Shown here in pieces: positions 12,090 to 23,300 of a DNA stretch of 64,000 nucleotides (position 1 is its first letter; every line of letters begins with the position of its first letter). Both the position numbers and the translations under genes were made by a program. A model generated the notes under the pieces. That model was not told the origin of the DNA, did not search any database, and was given only the letters and a program-made list of their open reading frames with translations. Source of the stretch: Azolla caroliniana (lineage: Eukaryota > Plantae > Polypodiophyta); NCBI GenBank assembly GCA_043228905.1, contig JBHGNT010000001.1, positions 3,906,001 through 3,970,000 on the forward strand, given 5' to 3'.

Positions 12090-15000
12090 TCACACATTTC
12101 CTACATGTGCATAGATGTTAGACATGCAAACATAAGTTGCAGTGTGATTCTCATATGATAGAATTGTATGCTCAAAGACACATCTTCCAAGTTCCAGATT
12201 TCCTTGCTTTTGACAAGCCCCCAAGACAGTCTGATATGCTGCATCATCAGGAATCAATGGCATCTCCTTAATCATCATCACTGCCTTCTCTATATGTCCT
12301 GCACGGCCAAGGAGATCAATCATACATGTATAATGTTCAAGAATCGGCATACAACCATAACATGTGCTGATGGCTTCAAAAACTATTTTCCCTATATCAA
12401 CTAAGCCCGTATGGTTGCATGCGTTAAGCACATTAATAAATGTTACTGAATCTGGGTTTACATTTTGACTAATCATTTCATTAAAGAAACATAAAACCTT
12501 TTCTCCATATCCCAGTTGTGTATACCCTGTAATGAGCGCATTCCAAGAAACAATCTCTCGACATGGCAGGTTGCTAAAAACTTTCTGAGATTCAAGAAGC
12601 AAGCCTAACTTTGAATAAGTGTCCACTAAGATATTGCCAAGTAGAGGTTCTTTCTCTGATCCATATTTCACAAGTAGTGCATGCATTTCTCTGCTTTTTA
12701 AAACCGCTCCTACATTTCCGCAAGCTTTCAAGCTGGCAGCAGCTGTGATAGCATTCGGTGGAACACCTTCCAGTTGCATCTGTATGAAACTCCTGAAAGC
12801 CTTCTCACTATGACCACATTCAACATATCCTGCAATTAAAGCTGTCCAAGAAACAACATCACGATCGATAAGCTTATTGAATACTTCTTGGGCTTCTAGA
12901 AGTAGACCACATTTAGCATACATATCAACTAAGGTGTTTCCAACGATTGATTCTCTTTCCAACCCTTGCCTGGTTACGTTCTCATGGATCTCTAGTCCCT
13001 TACTTATGTTTCTTACGCTTCCACAAGCTTTTAGAGCAGAAATAATGGTAGCTGCATCAAAAGTAATACCGTCCTTCTGCATTTGTTTAAAGCAATTCAG
13101 TGCTTCATCACATTGACCATCTTCAATATATCCTAAAATCAAAGCATTCCATGAAACAGCTGTGCAATATGGAAGTTTCTCAAAAATGTTCTTTGCTTCT
13201 ATTAATAACCCACATTTTGCATACATATCAACCAGTGTGCTGCCTGAAATGATCTCATGTTCCAAACCTAATATAAGAATAGTATGATGTATTTCTTGTC
13301 CAGGAATTGCAACTCCAGCAATACCACATACTTTCAAGCTATATGTCAGTGTGATTGCATCCGTTGAAACACCTTCTTTTTGCATCTGCTGTAAGCAATT
13401 GAGCACTTTCTCAAAATCTCCATATTCCATATATCCAGCAATTAATGTGTTCCATGAGACTAAATCTCGACCTTCAAGCCTGTCAAAAACTTCTTCAGCT
13501 GTTTGCAAAGAACCATGCTTCACATACATATAAATCAACGTGTTTCCTATTAAAATCTCATTTTCTAGCCTTTTCTTCACAATTTCAGCATAAATGCACT
13601 GACCCTCATCTGGTCTGCCTAAGTCAGCACAAGCTTTTAGGCTGTGTGAATATGTCAGAGCATTCTGAAGGATTCCTTTGTTTTGCATCTGTTCAAAATA
13701 ATACAGCGCCTCCTCGGCATATCCATGGTCTATATAGCCTCTTATGAGTGCATTCCATGAGACGATGTCTGAGACCATAAGCGTGCTAAATGTTTTCTGT
13801 GCAGTTGCCAGGCAACCACATTTAGCATACATATCAATCAAGGTGCTTCCTATAAGATGATCTTTTTCAAACCCTTTCTTCACAACCTCCGTATGCACTT
13901 CTTGGCCATAGCTTATGGATCCTGCAGTGCCACATGATCTCAAGCAGCAAATATAAGTAACGATGGATGGAGAGATACCAGCATGTTGCATTTTATTGTA
14001 ACAATACAGCACCTCATCACAATTGTGAAATTCAGTATAGCCAGTGAGTAATGCATTCCAAGAGACTACAGATCGAGCTGAAACACGGTCAAACACTACT
14101 TGAGCAATTTCAAGTAATCCAAATTTTGCATACATGTCAATTAGCATGTTACTGATTACAAGATCATGTTCCAAACCCTGTTTGCAGATACTGCTGTGCA
14201 CTTCTTGTCCTTTTTCTACTGCTCGAATACTTCCACATGTTTTCAAGACACAAACAAATGCCACGGCGTTCAGAGATATACCTTCCAAATGCATACGTGA
14301 GTGCCATATAAGAGCATCCTCCCCACACCCATTTTCAGCATATCCTGAAATCATTGTTGTCCAAGAGACTATATTCTGTAATGGAAGTCTTTTGAACACA
14401 TTGAGTGCCTCTGCGAGAAAGCCACATTTCATATACATATTCAGCAAGGCAGTTCCAACAATCACATTACTTTCAAGTAACCCTTTCTTTGTTATCTCCA
14501 CATCCATTTCTTGGCCTTTGCTAACAACCAATGCATGTCCACATACTTTCAAGATGCAAACCAGAGCTAAAGGATCAAGAAAGATACCCTGATCTTGCAT
14601 TAGCTGAACATAATTCAATGCTTCTTTATCTTGGCCATTCTCTACATATCCTCTAATGAGTGAAGTCCAAAGCACCACATTTGGAAGCCTAAACTTATCA
14701 AAAACCTCTTGTGCTTTTGCAAGGAAACCACATTTGGCATACATATCAATCAAAGAACCTCCAATACAAACATCTAAATCAAACAAGCCTTTTTCATTGA
14801 TATCATTGTGAAGCTCTATACCTGTCTCAAGATCTTGCAACATAGTGCAAGCCTTGAGCAAAGACACATAAGGTGGACTAAAATAATCCTTATGCTTCTT
14901 TTTCTTGTAAAAAGAGAGAGCATTCTTTGGCTTCTCACATTGAACAAACTCAATGATGGTAGAATTCCATGAAGTTTGATTTGTATCGACTAAAACCTCA

Positions 15001-15107
15001 GAAACGTTCTGGCAATGGTGAAATCCTGTGGGAGCTTCGATCTTTGATGTAAAGTAATGCATATTTTTGTGAAGAAGAAGAGCATTTTTTCTACTATAAG
15101 CATACAT
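12090..15107 (-). CDS. PLS-class pentatricopeptide repeat protein ending in a truncated E domain, no DYW
   Basis: 1005-aa ORF with repeated P-L-S triplets (LIDMYAKCG...A..VF, VVSWNALI.GY), then HYTCMIDLLGRAG, E1 and ATYVCMSNIYA followed by a stop. Confidence 0.95.
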   Translation of the reverse strand: MYAYSRKNALLLHKNMHYFTSKIEAPTGFHHCQNVSEVLVDTNQTSWNSTIIEFVQCEKPKNALSFYKKKKHKDYFSPPYVSLLKACTMLQDLETGIELHNDINEKGLFDLDVCIGGSLIDMYAKCGFLAKAQEVFDKFRLPNVVLWTSLIRGYVENGQDKEALNYVQLMQDQGIFLDPLALVCILKVCGHALVVSKGQEMDVEITKKGLLESNVIVGTALLNMYMKCGFLAEALNVFKRLPLQNIVSWTTMISGYAENGCGEDALIWHSRMHLEGISLNAVAFVCVLKTCGSIRAVEKGQEVHSSICKQGLEHDLVISNMLIDMYAKFGLLEIAQVVFDRVSARSVVSWNALLTGYTEFHNCDEVLYCYNKMQHAGISPSIVTYICCLRSCGTAGSISYGQEVHTEVVKKGFEKDHLIGSTLIDMYAKCGCLATAQKTFSTLMVSDIVSWNALIRGYIDHGYAEEALYYFEQMQNKGILQNALTYSHSLKACADLGRPDEGQCIYAEIVKKRLENEILIGNTLIYMYVKHGSLQTAEEVFDRLEGRDLVSWNTLIAGYMEYGDFEKVLNCLQQMQKEGVSTDAITLTYSLKVCGIAGVAIPGQEIHHTILILGLEHEIISGSTLVDMYAKCGLLIEAKNIFEKLPYCTAVSWNALILGYIEDGQCDEALNCFKQMQKDGITFDAATIISALKACGSVRNISKGLEIHENVTRQGLERESIVGNTLVDMYAKCGLLLEAQEVFNKLIDRDVVSWTALIAGYVECGHSEKAFRSFIQMQLEGVPPNAITAAASLKACGNVGAVLKSREMHALLVKYGSEKEPLLGNILVDTYSKLGLLLESQKVFSNLPCREIVSWNALITGYTQLGYGEKVLCFFNEMISQNVNPDSVTFINVLNACNHTGLVDIGKIVFEAISTCYGCMPILEHYTCMIDLLGRAGHIEKAVMMIKEMPLIPDDAAYQTVLGACQKQGNLELGRCVFEHTILSYENHTATYVCMSNIYAHVGNV

Positions 15108-17307
15108 TCAACATACAGCATCATTCCTCTTCTTTGCCTTCATTTTCGACTTCGATTCTTTCTGCGATGATGAAATGCCTGAAAAATGTTCAGGTTAATT
15201 GCAGAATGTTCTTTGAAAGGTGATGAAAGCATGAAGAATGATATGATTCTGAATCTGATTCTGCACGCCATGTCCTGCAATAATTGTAATGAGCAAACAG
15301 TTTGGTTTATCCTAATTCCTAAAATGCCCCTTCATTTCCGTCGAATTCATATGCTTCGGTCGCTTCGATCTTTCAATTTACAGTTGATCGAGGCCCACTA
15401 TCAATGTTCCAACTCTTAGATAATTACTCCCATGGGGAGATACTTGTATAAAAAATTCAATTGAAAACGACAGAGAGTTACGCACTTCTTCTCATAGTGA
15501 GGGGCAACCCACTTCAATTTTCCAATGCATGTCACAAATTACCGAACTATCAACTTTAGGACATGGTATTCTTTCCAATAGGACAACTCATTATCGATTC
15601 AATTAGCATGGACACATATTGAATCATAAGTTTCAATCGATCGAAAGCAAAGTGATCTTCGTACAATTTGACATTTAGGATTTAAGGTGATTAGATGCTT
15701 CATTTATTGATTGTTCAAATTTATTTGTGTCCTATTATTATGGGAAATTGTTAAAATTCCAAGCTTGGCATTTCAATCATTTTCGTATTATAAATCATTA
15801 TTTTGCAACATTTACGGGATGTCCAACTCTTGAATACCATTTGATTAGTTGCCTATGCACCCTAAGCTTTAGAGTATAATTTTGCTCATTTAGAGAGGAA
15901 CCAACAAACATAGCAAACGAAACAAAAAGAAAGGACAATCGTGATTAAGTTTGCATTGCAAGGGAAGTAATAAGAATACCAACTTCCAATATCGATAGTG
16001 GACACATATATAATAGTATATGTTTGGGGGCCAACTTTGTTTGATGGTTTAATGAACAAGGAAAAAACATAATAAAATGTCATATACAACGAAAACCTTT
16101 TCACAACCATTCCATTTCAAGTGACCCAAGAAACTAATTTCAAGTATGTTTTGAAGGAATTTCTAGTCGGTGTCTAATCATCCTTCCATATTTATATTTC
16201 CTTTATGACACAATCAAGCCTGATACCTCTTTTAGCCATATAAACCCTATTCCACATATTTCAAGCATGGTTAGCATGAGTTGCAATCGTAAATTATAAC
16301 TACATGAAAGTTCATTCAACCGAGATATTTATTTAAAAGGACAAAACACATCGTGTGCAACTCCACAATCACAATTAACATGACATCAAAATTGTTAACA
16401 AATACATTTCATTTGATTTCATTTCAATAGAGAACTCCATAGTAATTCTCTATCGATATCTCATAAACTATAGCTAGCACTAGCACAATCTTGTGATAAA
16501 ACCGATTTTGAATTTGTAGCTTCAATAAGAAATTAGTCGAAGTACATGGAAGGTTTTATTTAGGATTGGTTAATGAAAACCCATTGTGACCATGGGAGAT
16601 TAATCGAGGTGCAATGTGGGGATATAAGATAATGACATTGTACAAAAATGTAGATTTATCGAACACATTTAACAGAACAAAGTGATGCACACATATTATG
16701 AGACAAAACTGGGGAATGATTATGAACAATCATCAGCATTAGTGGTCACATGAAATGATTACATTCGGTGTAAACATCATATCGATGAGGCACACACACT
16801 CTCTCTTTCTCAATGCCGTAATTGGTCGCAAACTGACACATTTAATGAAACAAAGTGATGCACACATACTATGAGATGAAACCGTGGACCCATTATGAAT
16901 GCAAGCGGTCGTGTGAAACGAATATTGTCCGGCATAAATGTCCGATGGATGGGCTCTTTGTCTCTCTCTCTCTCTCTCTCTGTGTCTATGTGGATGCCGT
17001 AATCGGCCGTGAATGGAGAGAAAAAATACATGAATTTTCCAGGAAGAAGGGAAGCAAGACACACACAAGCACGCACGCAGCTTTTATTCACTCCAAAATG
17101 TCTTTTCTTTTACGTCTCTCTCCTTTTTCAGAATCCAGAAGAACTAACCCTTCACAACTACAATGATTTAATTAACACTTGTTATTAGTACTTAAGTCCT
17201 CTCTCTCTCTCTCTCTCTCTCTAGTTTCCGTAGCTCGCTCCCTCGTCTTCAGTAATGGCGATTCGATCCTTCTGAGGTCCTGTCAGAGCTTTTCTTCTTC
17301 TGTTCTA

Positions 17308-20300
17308 ATGGCTGTCCCCGTTGAGGAAGCAGTGGCTGCTCTCTCCACATTCTCTCTCGAGGTTCCTTCTTTCATCTTCCTCTTCCTTTTTCCACTGCCA
17401 CAAAGATCCCCCCCATCACAACAATTCCGTTTTTATTCTATTTTACATTTTTTCTTCATTCTTTCTGAAATCCGAGCAAGAAATGGACTGAAACTGGTTG
17501 CATTGTCTCCGTTTAACAGACATGGATGTTCGTTCACTGTAAACTGCGTCTATATTTTCCATATCTGTACATTTATTTATTTATATATAAAAGAATCTAC
17601 TTTGCAAAAACTTCCACCGGTTTCTGTTGAAAACATGTAATCTGTGTGCCTATAAGCTCTCTCTCTCTCTCTCCCCACTTTCATTCTGTAACAAACTTTC
17701 TGCATTGTAACAATTCTTTATGCTACATACATGCTGCTGAATTTAGATGGATTTTCTCTTTAAATGCAACCTAGCTTTGTGCTTTACATGATATTCTTCG
17801 AATTACCTTTCTTCTCTTACTGTAATAGGAAATATTCTGCATTACAAGAATTATATTTCTTCTTCCTGTCAAACAAGCAAATTTTCAATATGCATGTTGG
17901 AAATGGAATCAAGATAGATGAATTTGATGCTTATGACATGCAAAAAATATGGAATTTGTTGGTAATTTGTCTTTATTGGAAAGCCAGAAGCCATGACTCC
18001 TCATGGATTGAAGGTTTCATGACTAATTTATGAAATCTTTCTGTAAATGTATTTGTTTATGATGAAGAAAAATCTCATACGTGTTTCTGAAATTGGTAGA
18101 ATCTTCGTGACTTGGTTTCTCTTGGTTACAAAGTTTCTAGAATCCATGAACATCATGCTTGCTGCAAAGAAGAGGGCATATGTTTTCATCACGTGATTCC
18201 TTTGACCATATTGTCCTACATTGTGATATATCTGTAAACAACAAAGACAAGTATTGCAAGCTGATCAAAAACAACTTTTGTAAATGCAAGAGAATGAATT
18301 AAATGGAAATTTATTAGTGACAGGAATCTTCACCAAGTAAAATCTGGTTTCCTATTCTATTGAAATCATACATTTTGATACCGCGTGAAAGTCTACTTCC
18401 AAGTTGCAGTGATTTGAAGAAATATTTTATAAAATTTACCATGTTCTCTTAATTTCTGCAATGCAGCATGATCAGTCTGATGTACAAGGGCTGGCATTTA
18501 TTCTTATGAATGGAAAAAGCTCATCAAAAAGTCCTATAGGTAATTCCTTTTCCATTCTTTCTTTTTTGCCACCATCATCAGCCAATTTTAAGTAATTAGG
18601 AGGCAAATATAATGTTTAGAAAGAAATCGTCGTTTGTGCCTGGAATTCTCTAAGCAGATAGAATGATGTTGTCTAGATTATGAGGATGTTCCTGCATATC
18701 GACTGTCACTTACCGAGGACACCAAATCCATAAATCAACTGGTTGGAGATGATGCTCCTTTTTTTATCTTAACTTAGAAAATGAATTGCTTGCTTTAAAT
18801 TAATTGAAAACGTACTTTGTGCAGAATCTACTTATACAGGAAGGCAAAGAGATGGTTGCAGTACTCTATACATACAGAAGTTGTGTGAAGGCTTTACCGC
18901 AGGTGTTACATTATATGCATCTATTCAAATATATTTGCAAATCTCAACAACATGAACATTTCTTTTCAGATCTTATGTAGCTGTTATTTCTTTTCACTGT
19001 GAGGATTGATCGATCTTTTCATATATCCTATTTTTTCACAGTGCAGGAGGCTTAATTAAGAGTCAGGCTTCGTTAACTTTTTTACTGTGTACTTTTAATG
19101 ACTCAGCTACCAGATTCCATGAGACAAAGTCAATCCGACCTTTATTTAGAAACTTATCAAGTATTAGACTTGGAGATAAGCCGTCTGCGAGGAATTCAGC
19201 AGTGGCAATCATCTGCCTCATCCAAAGTATGGTTTTGATCATTTAGATATCAAATGCGTGAAAGAACAGTGTTAACCATCAGAATTATCAATTACAGCTA
19301 GCTGTCGACATGCAACGGTTCTCTCGACCAGAGCGGAGAATTAGTGGTCCTACTGTCACACACATGTGGTTAGTGCCTTTATGTGTATCCTTTGTAGGAT
19401 GTTAAGAATAATGAAAAAGAACTGTAAGAGAGTCCTAGCTAAGATCTGGGAAGACAGATGCTAATCGGACTTCCCATGTGTCAATCTGTGACGTACGTCA
19501 GGTTAAATTTTCTCATTCGTGCATTGTATCTCCTTTTCCGTCAGGTCTATGATCAACTTACTTGATGTGCTACTGCAGCTAGATCATCTGAAGAATGCAA
19601 AAGCTAGCATTCCCAATGATTTCTCCTGGTATAAAAGGTTTGTATTTGTTTCTAGAAAAATGATTTTAACGCCAACTTACATTTCAATGGGCAAGGCTAA
19701 AAGTAAATCAGTAGTACCTGGTGCCAAGATTTAGGTAGCAAAGTCAGAACAATCATATTTATCATCAAGGGCTAGATTGCATACGATGAAAATGCCAGTT
19801 TTCATCTTTGAAGGATTGTTCTGACTAACTCAAAGGCAAAGTGGCTGACAGATTTTGATCACTATGATTATCACTTTGCAAGCTACACCTGTTGCTGTAA
19901 TAATGCAATATCAGTGGATGTCTGCTATTGATTTCTTCCACTTAATCTCAATGGGTTTGAAGCATGTTTTTTTCCCATCACGGAGCGGAGTACATACAGG
20001 TTAGAATATTGAGAATATACAAAGATGGTCTGCCACTTCAAGTGGTTCCTTGTTCAAGTCAATCAATGGCCAAATCATTGGTTTCTGGCTGAGAGTAGAT
20101 AGTAGCAGTTCTCCTCTAGTCATCTTGACGTACATCTTTGACCTGTTAGAAACCCTAAATCTGCATGTTGCAGCTGTCTAAAGCCGCCCTTCAGTGTTTG
20201 TGAGATACAATTGCCTGTTATTTTGTGCAAGGCTTCGAAACGATATTAGTTTATGAAACTTACCTTAGCTTCTGGAAAAGTTGCTTTAACAAAGTAGAAG

Positions 20301-23300
20301 CTGCCTATATATAGATCAATCTGGGCCAAATAAATCTATAGCTTTGTTGAATTATTTTTTTTGCAGGTTTTTTGAATACCAGTGTCTTGTTACTGTCTTT
20401 ATTCTTTAATGCCATTTATTAATACTAGTGACCGTGATATAGTATATCTTGTAATTACAGTAAAGCATTCTTTGTGTGCATGCATATGTGTATGGAATCA
20501 TATTGCAATAGATAATCAGAAATTCATCTATTATTCAAACAATGGTTGCCTTGTAGAACCTTCACGCAGGTAAGTACTCAATGGCAGGATACTGATTCTA
20601 TGCGGGAGGAATTAGATGATTTGCAGGTTTGACTGCTTCATAATTGAGCAATGTTTTTAATCATTGTCACTTGAATTGTGTCTAAAATTGAGACCACAAG
20701 TTTTCAGATATTCTTGAGCACAAGATGGGCAATTTTATCGAATATACAGGTGGAGCTGTTTCGAGTCAGCAAGTATCCATACGTTATAAGTTTCCATATA
20801 AATATCAAAATAACTTACTTTATTGTGTTTTTCCTTTATTCATGAATTTGATTTGTCTCAGTGTCGAGGATATTCTTCAAGTACTCATCCTTTTCTGTGT
20901 GGAATCTTTGGAGTCAGATGCCATTTTATTGTATTCAGAGCGACATGCACTTTTAAGGGTGCTGCCTGTTCTTGTAGTTCTTGCCATGTCAACTGAAAAA
21001 GATGGTGATGCTATTTTCAAGAAGATCAAAGTCGTACGACTATTAAACATCTTCAAGGTGATTTACTTTCTAAGCTATACGTTACTCGAGAGTATGGAAT
21101 GCCTTTATTTGTATCCTTTGCCAAATTCTTGAAGAATGAGTAGCTCAGGAAGTTCTACTCCATATATGTTTATTTTTGTTTGTTCTCCAAGCTGAGGCAA
21201 TATTTCCAGATTTTATTTCTCATTGAGTTTCATAGGTCATTTTCGCCTCCTAAGAGCTTCTATTAAATATCTGTCGTTTTTCTATACATCTCCATGTGGA
21301 ACAAGTAAGCTGGGATAACCTTTTATGGAATTCTGCAGAAGGATCCTGTTGTACCTGCCTTCCCAGATCTTCATCTTGCTCCAGCTAGCATGCTTAAGGA
21401 ACTTTCAACATATTTCCAGAAGTTTTCAGTTCAAAGTCGGCTAATATCTCTTCCGTCTCCCCATGAAGTAGCTCCACGTGAAGCAGCAGAATATCCAATC
21501 AATGAAATGTTCTAAATACACATGTTTTATTAGCTTTTAACAATGATTTATAAAATAGCTTTTGTTAGCTTTTAACTGGTAGTTGGCACAGATTTATAAA
21601 GTAGTATTAGTAAGATTTTATATCATTATTGTACTGATCCAATTTTGGAAACTTAACATGCTTACGTATCAGAGACATTACTGTATAATTAATCAAATTG
21701 CAGCTATCAGGCTGGAGCATGATGAGTTTGTTCTAAGATTTTCCTCTGCCATGAATCAGGTATCAATAATTTATTGACATGTGAAAGACTGCTGTTTTAT
21801 TTTCTTCTTGTACTGCCTTCGTTAAAAATCAACCAAATGACTGACTATTTATTGAGTTGATATTGGTAATGAGATGTCATTTCCCTCTTACATTGTGTTG
21901 ACGTGGAACCACTGGACTTCCTAACGGGGTTGGAGTTGGAAATGTGGAATGAGCCTCTGATTTAGATAGACGTTAAATATATAGTTAGACAATTATTAAG
22001 CAGATCAACAAGCCGAAAATCAAGAGATGATCCTTGATTACAGTACAACATATTACTTATGAAGATGATGAGACAAATTTGACACAAGATTAAGTAGATA
22101 ACACTTTGTTTATGTTATAGTCAAGAGGATTACAATTACGGATGTGATTTAACACCGTACATCTTAGTGGAACCTTGGCACCTTTCCCTATTTTAGGACC
22201 TATTTTAGCGTAAATTTAGGATCTTTACACTGAAATAGGCATAAAATAGGGGCATAGCCTTCCCTAGAGCATGTGGGCTTAAAGTCATGTATGTTTCAGA
22301 ACACATATGGTTGGAGCATGTGGTCTTCAAAGCACATCTGGTTGGAGAAAGTGGGTTTCAAATCATGTGGGCTTCAGAGCGTAAGTGCTTCATCCCCTAG
22401 TCATGTGGTGAAAAGGAAAGCACGTAGGTGAAGGTGTGGAATCCTTAAGCACTTGGGAGCTTGAGGGTAGGGAAGAAAGAGCATAAAGCTTTCCATGGAA
22501 GAATGAATTTGCCAGTTGTGGCGCATGGGAGTTTGAAGGAAGGGAAGAGTGTAAAGCTCTCTATGGATGAACAAATTTGGCAATTGTGTATTTCAGAAAG
22601 TCAAACCGAATGCGGTTGAGTTAGTCAAGGAGATATGGTTGATGCTTTTGCATACTCTAAGAGGTCAATATGAGGCAATAATTGGTGAGCTTGATGTTGT
22701 GTATTGTAAGCAACAACATTTTAGAGATGTGGAAAAAGGCAGAGGTCTTCGCCTCTTTTGGGAGAATAAAGTGGAGATATGCTCCACCAAGGTGGCTTTT
22801 TCTGCCCCTCGTCTTGGAAGGACCCCAATTTTAGATGTCTAAATGCAGTTGCTAAGGTCGATATGTGAGGGCTTTTGCTATTGGACATGTTGGTTGAGGA
22901 GGGTATGATGGTTATATTTTCCTGTATGAGTTCTTTGTAGCCTTTGGGCATCTTTCCATTAATACCTAGGTGAATCTTTAATATATATATTTTTTGCCAA
23001 TTATGCCATTGGGAGGATCAAGTTGGAAGAATGCTATGTTTGCCATTGTGCTGTTTTTTTATGAAATAAGAGTGAGATTCCATTGTCTCTTCAAACAAGT
23101 TTTTGGGCCACTATGCGAGGTGATGGAATACAAAGACCAATGATGCTTGGGATTGTTCTGGTTAGAATTCAAGAGACATAGAGAGAAGTTGAAGGACAAC
23201 AACACAACCGCAACAACTCATCAATAAAGAACCTCAATACTTTCTTTAGTTCCATCTCTCATTCTCATGCTACAAGTCAATCAAGGGCTATACAATTGGC

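Noticed and set aside
17362-18466. PIR intron 1 (GTTCCTTC ... TCTCTTAAT ... CAG) as a third U12 intron
   Set aside because: Lacks the essential +3 A of RTATCC and is phase 0; treated as U2.
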